Below, one piece after another: positions 11,379 to 23,935 of a stretch of 64,000 nucleotides of DNA. The position numbers and the translations under genes were made by a program. The stretch is from contig CAJINV010000003.1 of the NCBI GenBank assembly GCA_905178155.1, positions 2,955,715 to 3,019,714 on the forward strand, given 5' to 3'. A model generated the notes under the pieces. The model was not told the DNA's origin. It saw nothing but the letters and a program-made list of their open reading frames with translations, and searched no databases. The stretch comes from Amoebophrya sp. A120 (taxonomy: Eukaryota > Protista > Dinoflagellata). The stretch's first letter is position 1; each line of letters starts with the position of its first letter.

Positions 11379-14300
11379 TTAATCCGATTTCGTAAGCGAC
11401 ATTTTTATGTTCGGGGGAGACGCCAAGCTGACGAGCTCGTTTAGCGCGAACCGCTTCTCGAAATGCTGTTTCGGTGTCGGAGAGGACAGAGACGCGCTCT
11501 GCTCGTGTTCCTCCGTCGCCACCGCGACCTGCTTATTCTTGACCAGTTGCGAGGCCGTCCAAGACACGGGCCGCAGCTCGCTCGCTTCGTCAACGACCGA
11601 AGTGGCTGATATGGATGTGTCAGGATCGAAATCGACAAAGTCGAAAATTTTATGATGCGTAAAATGTAGGGCACTGAAGGCCTGTATTGGGGAGCAGGCA
11701 AATGAGACGGATTGTCAGCCTGTTTAGGGGTATGCAATGAGCTGCCAGAGTAGCATGACAGGAGCAGTATTCTTGCCCAAACAGCATGACAGACTGGATT
11801 TGGGTGCTCCCGAAATTTGTTATGTGCCACGTAAAAACTGAGGGTCCAACTGACATCGATTTTGTGCATCACAAATTTTTCGACTTTGTCAGTTTCGATT
11901 CTGACACTTCCGTAGCTGACGCGAGAAAGTTATCCGGATCTTCCCCCACTTGGATCGCGGCCGCCGCTCTGAGTTGGTAGAGGAGTTTTTTCTTCGACAT
12001 GAGGATCATTTCAGGCACAAGCACACGAAATCAGTGCAGGAGCACCACGACCGCAAACAAAGCCACCAGAGCGCAGTAAGTAGAGCAGAAGAAACCACCT
12101 CAACGACACAACAAATCACACACGATCAAAGCATGGCGCCATTCAAAATTTTTTTACATATTCCCGTCATCTTCCAGACAAAGAAATTGGAATGGCTCCT
12201 CCCCGTCGTCGCCCGACACAACATCCACGCTGGCCGCGTCCCGCGCATCCGGGTAAAACGCAAATCGATTTCCGCCAGCTGCCGTCCGTGTCCCCTGCGG
12301 TCCCTTGGCCTTCGCGGTGCCTGCAATGTGCCTCGAGACGGACTTGATGTTGGGCGGGGAGCGGCTTCCTGGTCGAGCAGAAGATCCACCTCCCTTACTA
12401 TTTCCCTGGTGCCGCTCGGCCACTTGCTGCACGAAGTGTGTCCAGCCGTCGCGTGCCTTCAGCAGAAACTCCGCGTACTTGCGCAAATCTTGCATGGTTC
12501 CTCGGCGCAGGTCTCGCAGATCCTCACGCATCGCCGCGGCAGTCCGCGCTGCATTCAGGAGCCGTCGCTGGTCAAGATTCGTGTTGCCATCTCGCGAGCG
12601 CAATTCGCGGGACAGCTGCGACACGCGCGCGTTCTGAAACCAGGAAAGGAAGGCCTTCTGCGAAATCTTCCGCTCTATCACTTTCTCGTACATGTCGCTG
12701 ATGTCCTCTAGGCGATACCTTTAGGATGCAGAATGACGTTCACGTTGCAACGAATTAATAGGAGCCCTTCCGTTGTTACTTCAAAGGCGACCAGAAAAAA
12801 CTTTGACAAAATCATGCAGAATCACGCACGGAAAAAAAAAAATTGAAGTGTGATAAGCTAGTGTACTTAATCAAAGCAGTATTTTTACGAGCTCGAAGCC
12901 GCAGAGCCTCCCGCAGCGCCTCCGTCGCTGCGTAGGGCGAAGTTATTTTATCGAGTGCAAATATGTCTGGGTCTGGAAGATTGCGAGAATTGTCATGCTG
13001 ATCTGGAATGGCCCTAAAATCTGTATTGCGTGGCCACAAACAGCCTCTCTCGCCTGTCATGCAAAAACGCAGCTTCTCATGCGGAATACGCAGCACAGAA
13101 GCACGAAACAACTTGTCATACTTGGCGGCGCATTACAGTGCATTTGTTATTGACTGACTTGCATTACAAGTTTCCAGACCCAGACATATTTGCAATCCAT
13201 ATCTTTTCCAAGCTCTCGATTTCTGCTGAGAATTTCTGCAACATCCTGGCGCGATCTTCTGCTGCTTTGCGCTGCATATGAATTGCAAATATGTCTGGTT
13301 CTGGAAGAGTGCATGTTTGTCATGCTTGTCTGGCATGACTGAAGTGTTTGTGATGCGTGACCAAGAAGAGAGCCTTTTGCCTGTCACGCAAATACGCAGT
13401 TTGCCATGCGGACAGCACAACACTAAGCAGCGCAGATATTTCTCATGCTCGGCTGTGCATTACACAGCATTCACTATTCCCAACCGAGCACTACAAGTTT
13501 CCAGACCCAGACATTTTTGCATTTGATACTGCACGGCGTCGCACAAGCGGCAGGGCTTGTCCCCATCCAAGCCAGGGGACCGATCCAGTAGGTCGCTGGG
13601 TGACAACCCCCCTCGAGAAGTGCCGTCGTCGCCGGTCCGCATGTCGAACATGCGCCCTCCACTGCTCTCGGAGAGCAGCGAAGCTTTCAAGGACCGGGAA
13701 AGCGCTGGCCCGCGGTCCGCGGCGATCTCGCGCTCGTGGCTGTACATCCGTTCCATGGACTTGGCCAACTCCTCTTGTCGAATCAGTTGCTCTTTCAACC
13801 GACTCACCTCGAGGCGGTGCTCCACTTTCAGCTTGGCAACCTCCGCCTCCGAGTGCGTCGTTCCGCTCTCCTCCTCGAGTCGCCGCTGTCGCCGCAACTT
13901 GGTCACTTCAAACTCAATCTCCTCCTGGCTTTGCCGTAACTTCCGCACCTCTTCCTTCAGCCGCCCATTCTGGTCCTCCAGTTCCCGCTCTCGCCTGCAA
14001 GAATTCATTGTTGTGTGAGGGAATCAAAAATGACTCGCGGTTTATTTCATAGGCGTGAATACCAAGAAGAAATAACGAGTAAGCCAAGCCCAAGCATTAT
14101 ACGAAAATAAAAGTGTACCTCGGCGAGCCCTTAGGAATGACCAGTTTTTCTTGCTCGCTTTTTGCCAAGAGGTCCTTGAGCTCGTCTACCCGCCGCTGCA
14201 GTCGTTCGATGTCGAGATCTTTTCGCTCCCGGAGGTCGCGAATCTCGCCCTGGAACCGAGCGAACCCCTCCTGCAGCCGCTCTACTTCGCGCGTTTGGTA

Positions 14301-17300
14301 GTACGTTTCCATTTCCTTCATCTTTTGCTCGGGCAGGCCTTTTCTCTCCGCATCGCGCTCGAATTCCAACAGTCTGCGGCGGTAGTAGTCCCGTTCCTCC
14401 TGCAGGAGGTTCTTCTCGTTGCGCAGCACCTCGATGCGTTGCTGCTGCTGGAAATAAGCAAACTGGTCCAGCATGGAGTTCGCCAGCATGGGGCTGCTTC
14501 CCATCAGCGCTGGGCTGTGCAGCATCTGCCCGGCGCTGGTGGGCATCAACTGCGGCGTCGTGTATGCGAAGGCGCCCTGGTGGTGTGCGGGCGGCGCTGG
14601 CATCGGAGTCGCGGGAAAAAACGCGCTCGTGTCGAGGGGCGGGCTCTGCCCCAGCACCGGGGAGGTCTGTCCGAAGAACGACGGCGACTGCGCATGCTCG
14701 GTTGCAGTTCTGCCGGCGGATGACGAAGACGCCGCCGCTGCCGCAGCGTTCATTTGCTGCAATTTCGTGGCGTTCTTCGCTTCCATATCCCGCATTTGCT
14801 TCTGAAAATCCCGCTGAAGGTCCAATTTTCGTTTCTGCTCTTCGAGTTCCTGCCGCTCCCGTGTCTTCTGCGCCTCTTCGCGCTCCTTGGCGATGGTCGA
14901 CTTCATTTCGTTCAGCTGCAACCGAAGCGCATTCATGGCCTCGTCGTTCTCGCGAGCAGCCTTCATGCGCGCCTCTTCGATCAGCCCGTCGCCAAACAAA
15001 GCATCCGGTTTCAGCGCAGAGACGTAATTTTTACCAGAGTCGGTCTTCTTTTCCTGCGCGGCTGCGATCGCGGGACTAGTACTTTTCGAAGAACCTACTA
15101 ACGGCGAAGTAGCTTTCGCAGTGGGGGCGGGCGGCTGTTTCTTTGCAACGAGAGGACTCCTGCTCCTCGATACCGCACCAGCCGCCACCCTGGCGGCTCC
15201 CATGGCTTGTGAAAGAAAGCCCGGACTCTTCCGCTGCCTTGTTTTACCTGCTGTGTCAAAGGAAAGGTCGTGATCATCCTCCTCGTCGTCTGGTGGGGGC
15301 CCGCGGGGCGAAGCTACGGGCTTTGCTGCCTTCGCGGGCGTGAGCGGGCTTTTGCTCTTGCCAGGAGCGCGCTTTGCAGCGGGAGAGCTTTCCGATCGCG
15401 CAGCAGCCTTGTACTTGCTGGTACCTATTCCAGGCGAACTTCGTCCTGGCGAAGCTGACTTTCCACCGCGTATCAGCGCTGCACTGGTGACTGCGCCGCG
15501 GGCCTTCTGCGTTGCTGTCTTCACTCTTCTTTCCACTGGCGAAGTACTAGCTGGGGAAGACTTCGATGGCGTTAGCCTTGCTTTTATGCGTGATTTTGGT
15601 GCTGCACCAGCACTACTGGGTTTTGGGTCCTCGTCTTTCGCAGACAAGCCCACTAGCCAACTGTCCGTAGCGGCTCTAAGCGCACCTGAAGCTTTCCCCA
15701 CGATTTCAGACGACGCTAGCGCAACAGCCGCTGTTCCGAGTGACTCGATTGCGTTCGGCACATCAACTCCTGCATCTTCCCTGCGGTCCTTCTGGTTACC
15801 ATCTCCCGCTGGTTGCTCCTCTGACACCTTGTGGGCGTGTGGTTTGTCTATCATAGCGGCGGCGTAGGAATGCGGGGGCGGGCTCTTCGAGGAGGTGGCG
15901 GGCGAGATCGGACTGATCACCTGCTCACTTACCTCTGGCACAATTGCAGGTGGAGATTCGCCGGCGGCGGCCGCGATGGCGGTTACAGCCGTGCTGGCTG
16001 CGGTACCACTTGCCTGTGCCAAGAGCTTCTCTTCCGCCTGCCGTCGGGCGCGTGCCCGACCGAAAAAGCCTTTCTTCACAGGTGCGGGAGCGGGTGCTTG
16101 CGGTCCCGGAGACGAGTCCGCACCGGAAGCAGTGAGGGCGTCCAGGCTTACGGGCTTCTTCGCTCGCTCCGCAGCCGCTCGGGCTTCTGCGGCACGCTCC
16201 GCAGCCGCTTTGGCGGCGGCCTCCACAGCCGCCGCGGCCGCAGCAGGGTCGTATTTGATGCCGCTGTCGTATTTTCCCCAAACCGAAGGCAAACTCTTCG
16301 GTGGCGCTATGCTTTTCTCCTGTAGCCCCGGCGGGAAACCCCCAAAGGTTTTCCGGTACACCAACAAATGCGCCGGCCGCGGGCCATCGATCACCGCCTG
16401 CAGGTATCAACTGCAAAAATGTCTGGGTCTGGAAACTTGTAATGCTGCGTTGGGAATAGTGAATGCTCTGTAATGCACAGGCAAGCGTGAGAAATGCCTG
16501 CGCTTCTTTGTGTTGCGTTTTTCGCATGACAAACTGCGTTTTTGCATGACAGGCAAAAGGGTTTGTTCTTGGACACGCATCACAAACTTTTTGGCCATGA
16601 CAGACAAGCATGACAAATCTCAAAATCTTCCCGACCCAGACATTTTTGCATTTGATAGCAGGTGCCTCGGGTTGTCGAAGGTGGATGACTTGTTCCCCAC
16701 CACCACCTCGTCGCCCTTGCGCAGCTGCTGCGTTTGGGCCCAGCCCCCGGGGGCGGTGTTTTTGATCGCGTACCCATTCGCATCTAGCCCAAAGCCAAAA
16801 TGCCTTTTATCGTCTTCCTTCGTTACTTGCAGGAACTTCGCGACCTCTAACCGGGGTAGGAAGTGAAAGAAAACGTAGTCGTCCCCGACCTTGTCGGTTT
16901 TGATGGTTTTCTCGACCAGCCGTGCGATCACCTCATCCGGATCGGAGCCCTCGCATTTCGGGAGAAATTGCGTCCGCGTACCGCATACGGCAAGCAGTAA
17001 GTCGCCCAGTGCCGCCTTCAGAATTTCTGTTTCCGAAACCTTGCCCACTCGAACAAACGGAAACGCGCGCCAGTCTAGCGCGAAGCCGAACATTTTTTCG
17101 AAAATCTCGCACGACCCGCCCAGCTCCGAGGCCTCGGTGACCATTTCCCGCGCTCTGCTATGCATTCGAAGGCACTTCACGCCGTACCGCACCTCTGCCC
17201 CGATGCTGCCGTCGCGTCCCTGCAGCAGGTAGGGGAACAAAAAAGGTGCTCCGTCTCGCGGGGAGTCCTTCGGGCCTTCTACTGGCTCTGGTGCCGGGGG

Positions 17301-20300
17301 TGGTGGCTCCTCTTTTTTCGGTGGTTCATCTGGGGGCTTCACTGGTTGTTCTGGGGGCTTGACTGGCTCGGGGGGTGGCGGAGGTGGGGGTGGCGGCTCC
17401 TCTTTCTTCGGCGGCTCCTTCGGTGGCTCTGGTGCCTTGGGGGGTTCTGGAGGCGGCTTCGGTGGCTCCTCCGGCTTTTTTTCCTCCACTGGAGGAGGTG
17501 GCGGCGGAGGCGGGGGTGGAGGTGGGGCGGCTTTCGCATCCCCTTGCAGCTCGTCCCTGCCCGGCGCCTTTCCACACAACTTGTCCCACGAGGCCGGCAC
17601 CGGCCGCAGAAAGGACCGCTCCTTACTGAGCACGGAGTCGGGAAAGCCGGAGGGCCGCGCCACCAGAATGTTTACTTCCTGCCCGGCGAGGTCCAACCGT
17701 TCCAGCACTTTGCTGGACCACCCCTCCCGCACGGCTACCAGGTCGTTGACGACACAAATGATGTCGCCCTTTTGGAATCCCTGCTCGGCCGCCCAGCCTT
17801 CGACCGCGGTAACCTGCCCGTTTTTCTCGTCGTACTTGATCCCGGCCGAGCTTGCGCTGGCCGGCCGCTGCAGCTGCACATACCGGGGACTGCGATGGCC
17901 CGGCAGCATGGCGAAGGAGCAAACCATGTCGTCTTTCCCCTGCCGCTTCTCGATTTTGCCCAACACACGCTGCACGATCGCCTCGTCCGGCCCCGCGCTG
18001 TCCGCCTTTGGCCACGACGAAATCAACCCGACGCGATCGTTGCAGCACGACAGCAAGACGCAGCCGGGAACGACGCCGCATTTTGCGGCCCGCGACTTGT
18101 CCTTGCCGTCGACGGCCAGCTTCTCAATTTTCGTCACCCGCACGATCGGGAAGTAGCGCCAATCGAACTGGAAACCGAAGACCTTGAGTATTTTCTCCGC
18201 GGGCGGCACCGAACTGTCCTTCAGGACCGCCAGCTCTTCGTCCTTGATGCGCTGCTGCCACCCTAGTATTCCGAAGTCTTCCGGCTTCTTGGCGAAGGAC
18301 ATGTTGGCCAGGAGAAAGGACGGATTCGGCCCGCTGCCGTCGTGCTTTTTCAGGCCGCGGACCGCGGACACACCCGGGAGACCCTTCAACAACGGATCGG
18401 AGACGTCGGCCTCTGCCGCCTTAATGTCTTCCTTCGACAGGTTCTTGTTCGAGTCGTGTTCGCCAGATTTCTTCGCGTCATCAAACGTCACCGCCTTGGT
18501 TGGAGCCGCCACCGGAGCGGCGGCGGGCGCAGGGGGAGGCGGTGCAGCGACAGCGGCCGCGACAGCGCCCCCGGCCGGCGCGGCCACGTTCGGTCCCCGA
18601 GCCGCAGCGTCCTTCCACGCCGAGGGGAAGGGGCGTCGGAAGTCTTCCTCTTGCGAAAGGGAGTCTTGCTCAAAACCCTCGGCACGGTACAGAAAGAGAG
18701 TAATAGGTCGCTTCCCCTCCGGGCCAAATCGGTCATTCAACTCGTCAAAGATCTCTTCCGCAACTGTGTCGTCTACGAGGAGCACCTGAATTGGTCCAAA
18801 ATCGAGCGATTTTCCTTTCAAAAACACGACAAAGAAACACATGTAAAAGAGCTTGGGTTTGCGTAGTACACCCCAAAAATACAGAAAAGCGGAACAAGGG
18901 AGTGCTTATCTATCACGACCGCTTCCTCTGATTTTGAAAAGCAATCGTCTTTACCAGATCGTCCTTCTTGAGGCCGCAGCTCTTCGCCCATCCATCCTTA
19001 GCAACCCCGACAATCTTTCCGGTGTTCTCGTTACACTTTGCACCCACGGATTTGCCCGTGCAAGTCAGCTGTAGGTACTGATTTGCCTTCTGTCCGTTTT
19101 CGCCCCAGGGCAGGAACTGCCACGCTGCCACCATGTCGTCTACCGTTTTCCGGCGTCCAATGGCGCGGTTAATCTTTTGCACGAATGCGTCGCTGGGGTC
19201 CTTCCCCTGCCACTGCGTAATCATGGTCACGCGCTCCTGCTGCGTTTTCAGCAGGATGTCGCCGGGCCCCAGGCCAATTTTCGTGGCGCGGCTCTTGTCC
19301 ACCCCATCCGCGGCGAGGTCCTGCGTTTGCGCCACGTAAACCAGCGGGAAGTCGCGGAAGTCCAAATTGAAACCGAAGACTTTGAGCAGCTTTTGGTCTG
19401 CCGGCAGGCTCGGGTCTTCCAGAATGGCTTTTTCGTTGTCCTTTATCCTCTGCTGCCAACCCACAAGTTTCTTCTTGGTAAAATCCACGTCGGGAAGCTT
19501 GGTAAAGAAAAAGGGCCCAGGCTCCTTCCGGGGGACTTTGCCGCGCAGCGGTCGCGCCGCATTTGCAGGCACCGCTTGGTATTTGGCTGACGACGAGGAC
19601 ATCGACGAGGCGCTGGCGGCAGGCGCCGCCATAGACGCTGTGGCGCTCGGGCTCGCCGCAATAGTGGCCGTCACTGACGGAGCTGAGCCAACGCTCGAAG
19701 TTACTGCCGCGCCTCCTACGCTTTCGTAGGCTTCGAGGAACCGCGGGGCGCTCGAGTTCTCATAAACCGCCGCCTTCCACTCTGCAGGCAGCGGACGCTG
19801 GAAGTCGTTCTCCTTGGCGAGAGTTTCTAGTGGAAACATGCTTTCCCGTCGTGCCAGGAGATGCAAGGGCCGCGTTGTTTTGTCTAGCAGCCCCTTCAAG
19901 TCACCGCCCTTCCCCACCTCCACACACAACTCGTTTGCAGCCCAAATCTGATCCCCGACTGCGAGCCCCTGGGCACTCGCCCAGGACCCGGGATCTACGC
20001 CGGTGACACCGCCGTTGTCGTCGACGTGCAAGCCACTCTGTGGCTCGTTCAGCGCCAACTGCACCCACCTGTCGTGCTTGTGCGGCTGCACAAATCCCCA
20101 TTGCGCCACCACGTCGTCGGGCTTCTGCCGACGTGTGCAGGCCCGCACCACCTTCTGGAGGATCGCATCGTGGGGATCTTTGCCAACGAAGCGCGCTACC
20201 ATGGTGACCCGCTCGCCTTGGGAGAGCAGCAACAGCGCCCCTTCTTTCAGTCCAGACTTCGCGGCACGCGACGCATCCGCCCCGTCTGCCGCTTTCGGGA

Positions 20301-22823
20301 TTGTTTTCGCGACGCGCACCACCGGAAAGTGCCGGAAATCGAAATTGAAGCCAAACACCTGCAAATGCCTCTTCCAACTGGGGAGGCTTTCGTCCTTCAT
20401 GATCGCCTCCTCGTTGTCTTTGATGCGCTGCTGCCAGCCTAGAATTTCCGCCTTCCCACGCTTCATGGTCGATAACAGCGACAGCAGATACGGAGGTGGC
20501 CCGCCTTGCGGCTTGACGCGCCCGCGAAACAAACCACCGGACGCAGATGAAAATGATGCAGCAGAGGTAGAAGTACCACCCGCGCCGGGAGCCATGCTGG
20601 CACCGATTCCGGGCGCCGCTGCGATGCTCGTGGTCCCCGCCCCCGGCGCCATGCTGGCATTTGTACTAGCAGGGCTAGTTCCTCCGGCCATGCTCTTCAT
20701 TTGGGGCGACCCCGCCATGCTTGCTGTGGGTGCTGCGTTGGCCATGCTCTTGTTCAACAAGTCCGGCGATCCAGCCATGCTCTTCATCGCACTCGGAGAA
20801 GATCCACCTCCAGACGCCGTCATGCTTTTGTTCATGGCAGCGCCCGCGTCCGCTGCACCCGGCGCCATGGACTGCGCACCCGCGGCGCTCGGCGCCATAC
20901 TCATGTTCGCACCTCCTGCCGGCGCAGGCCGGAGCGGGCACTGCGGACCCGCATCGACCGCGGTCTTCCACTTCGACGGGAGTGGGCGGTCGAAAATTGG
21001 ATCCAGATCTTGCGAATACCCCGCACCACCACGACGAAACAGGGCGGTCACCTTTCCCTTCGCGAGCTCGGCTTGAACCTTCCCCGCGTCGCCCTTCAGG
21101 CTCTCGATCAAGGCAAGCCCATCGGTTGCGACAAGCTCGTCCCCGGCCTGCACGCCATTTTCGGCCGCAAAACCGCTCACGCTCGAAATTTGTCCGAAGC
21201 CGTCCGCTTCGACGCCTAGTCCCCCGCCTTCCGCAGTTAGCTGGATATACCTGTCGATGATCATGTTGGGGACATCAATATCCTCGTTCTCACGTACTTT
21301 TCCTTTACACGGTGCAGTCGGATGGTGCCTGTGTTATTTCGATCGCGAAGAATGTGCGAGAATGATCAAATAAACGAAAATCTTGAGCTGTACCTCTGCC
21401 GGTAGCGGCCCTTGCAAAAGGCAAACGCTGCCACCGGATCATCGGGGGTTTTTCGACGGCCGCACGCACGAACGATTTTTTGCACAAATGCATCGTCGGG
21501 GCCACTTCCCGCCCATTGACCCACCATTGTGATCCGCTCTTGCGACGTCATGAGCAAAATGTCCCCGACGCGCACGTCGATCAGGGCCGAGCGCGATTTA
21601 TCAGAACCATTCGCGTTCATGGGCGTAGTGGCTGCCACGCGCACCACGGGAAAGTCCCGCCAGTCCAGACTGAAGCCAAACACTTTCAGCATTCGCTCGT
21701 GCGCAGGCTGCGACTCGTCTTCCAGGATCGGGAGCTCGAAATCCTTGATCCGTTGCTGCCAGGATATCAGCGCCGTCTGGTCAGGTTTCTTCTTGGTCTG
21801 CCACACGTAGCATATCAAGTATGGAGGCGGCGTCGCGGGCTTCACCTTATTGCTCGGCGCCATGCTGGAACTAGTACCCGCACCGGGGGCCATGCTCGCC
21901 CCGGCGCCCGGCGCCATACTCATGTTGCCAGCGCCGCCCGACGAGAGTGCGCCGCCCGGTGCCATACTGGCGTTACCGCCACCAGGGGCCATGCTTGCGG
22001 AGGCACTAGACGGTGGGGCCATGGAAGCTCCGACCGCGGGCGACCCTCCTGCATGGTAGCTGTCGACGGTCATTGCGGTTTTGTGGTTCCACTTTGACGG
22101 CAGCGGGCGTTGCGGCGTGTACTCATGACTGGCGCGAATGTTGTCAGGCCAACCTCCAGAGCGACGAATCAGCAGCGGCAGCGAAGAAGTGCCACTGAGC
22201 TTCGCCGGTAACTCCTGGCTCTTCTGGGGCACAAGCAGATCAGAGCCGGCCATGATCACGACGTCGCCGGGCTGCAGCCCGACCTGAGCGGCCCACCCTT
22301 CCACCGCTGTTATTGTTCCCATTCCGTCCGCACTGATCCCGGGGGTTTGCCCGCTCGGCGACTCGATATGGATGTACTCGTGCTGCCACTTCTTCCGCAG
22401 AAAGCACCAGGCGCAGACGACTTCCGTGTCGGACTTGTTCGCACGCACGTGGGCCCGTGCGATTTTCGAAATCAGGGCGTCATCGGCGGAGCTCCCCGCC
22501 CACTGCGCGAGCATGGTGATCCGCTCTTGCTGTGACAACAGCAGGATATCCCCGACGGCGATTTTCTGCTGCGCGGCCCGCGTAGGCTCCTTGCTGTCGG
22601 GACGGACCGCTTCCACCCGGGACACCCGGACCACGGGAAACCCGCTCCAGTCGAACTGAAACCCGAAAATCTTCAGGCATTTCTCGTGCGCGCTCATCGA
22701 ATCGTGGTGCAGAAGGTCGGCCTCCTTGATTCGCTGTTGCCATCCTATCAGCCCGTACGAACCGTGCTTATCGGATTTCAGGCCCCCCAGCCCGGTCAGC
22801 AGGTAGTTCGTCGTGGTCGGCAT
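11379..22823 (-). CDS. Giant (~3000+ aa) protein with six tandem double-PDZ-like modules and a C-terminal coiled coil
   Basis: ORFs 21366..22880, 18913..21264, 16620..18842, 14097..16394, 13460..14008, 12154..12693 and 11379..11567 join in frame through GT-AG introns, one probable GC-AG intron and 4 TIR introns. Repeated module: WQQRIKD..KVFGFxxDWRxFPxVRV..SRA..GD.LL..YIQL..WAA..GL..GD. Start ATG is assumed. Confidence 0.7.
11610..11914. mobile_element. TIR introner family E (305 bp, ~55-bp TIR)
   Basis: TATGGATGTGTCAGGATCGAAATCGACAAAGTCGAAAA... versus reverse complement of the right end TACGGAAGTGTCAGAATCGAAACTGACAAAGTCGAAAA; direct repeat GCTGA at 11605-11609 and 11915-11919; removal gives DNFLAS|ATSVVDE in frame. 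Confidence 0.9.
12949..13201. mobile_element. TIR introner family A (253 bp)
   Basis: TATCGAGTGCAAATATGTCTGGGTCTGGAA...TTCCAGACCCAGACATATTTGCAATCCATA; flanks TATTT/TCTTT; removal gives IESLEK|NFALRS, in frame with the next GT-AG exon. Confidence 0.88.
13277..13528. mobile_element. TIR introner family A (252 bp)
   Basis: Family A TIRs; direct repeat CTGCA at 13272-13276 and 13529-13533; removal gives CDAVQ|RKAAEDRAR. Confidence 0.92.
16405..16657. mobile_element. TIR introner family A (253 bp), inverted orientation
   Basis: TATCAACTGCAAAAATGTCTGGGTCTGGAA...CCGACCCAGACATTTTTGCATTTGATA; direct repeat GCAGG at 16400-16404 and 16658-16662; removal gives NPRHL|QAVIDGP, joining two long ORFs. Confidence 0.93.
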
Positions 22824-23935
22824 GGTAGTAGTGGTTTTCGTCTCAGGCTCAGCCGAAGTCAAAATGGCAGTCGTCCGCAAAGATTGGCACCACCATGTAG
22901 ATCATGAACTGGTCCTACTTTCTCCTTTTGGTGTCCTTTGCCCATGTCCACCTCTATGACCCCTAGCAGTGCCGAAATAGTGGTTTCTCGCGTCTGCCGG
23001 AGCAGGTTCGCAGCTGGCCTGTGATCAAGCTATCTAATGCGTCACCATGCAGCACGCGCTCCCTCACACGACGTGAGCGTGTGTGTGACCCCCCAGGAGC
23101 AGGAATTAATACCGCCGAAGCTGGTGGGCGTGCCATGTTTGAAAGCTTCCGGCAAGACTTTGATTCAACAAAAACTGAAAAAAATAAAAAACTGCCGACT
23201 TTTACACGCACACGCTTTGCCGTGTCAGCGAGCATCTTCTATGTCAAAGTCAAGCCCGGCACATTCACACTCTTGACGAAATCAGTTTTTCAGAGCATCA
23301 ACTCTTATCTCTCGCACGACAGCACAGCAGACGGACAGAGCTGTGCCACGAGAAAAACCTTATCGAAACGCAGACCGCGATTTTTGTGCTCTGACTCTTC
23401 CTAATGCAGCCGAGTTTGCCCCTCGTCACTCCCGCCAAATTTGCTTCCGCTCGTTCTCTCGGATCCCTTTTTGCACGTTGGAAGAAAGCAAGAGTTTGTT
23501 CCAAAGCAGGTTGACGCCAGCATTCGAAGACGGCAACAAATCTCGGCGGTACAAACCCCGTACTCAAGTTCTGGGCTCACCCAAATCGTACACAGTGAAA
23601 CTACTGCAAAAGGGTCTTACACGAATCGATCTACATCATTTCTTTCGAGCACAGCGCGCACCTAGCGCTGGCCCGACCTGCTGTTGACTTGTTCTAGTTT
23701 TTCAATCTTAACCCCATTTTGTTCTGGTGGTTTTCAATGACAACGAACTGACATGCTGTAAAACACGTAGGTTCTGACAAAAGCCTGCAAAATATCGGTT
23801 TGGATGATATTTGAAAGTTTGAAATTCCAAGTTGTTTCTGATGACCGGATAAAAATGACATAGTTACATAGGCGAGGACTGAAAGTTCAATTTTGTTTTT
23901 ACAAGAACTGTGGCGGCCCCAGCAGTACGCCAAGA

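Noticed and set aside
21303-21410. TAC...GTA-bounded introner in the PDZ-like gene
   Set aside because: There is no matching direct repeat or convincing TIR, and a GC-AG intron gives an in-frame junction.
22855-22875. Relict dinoflagellate spliced leader (GCCATTTTG on the minus strand)
   Set aside because: Only a 9-nt match, with no GCTCAAG continuation.
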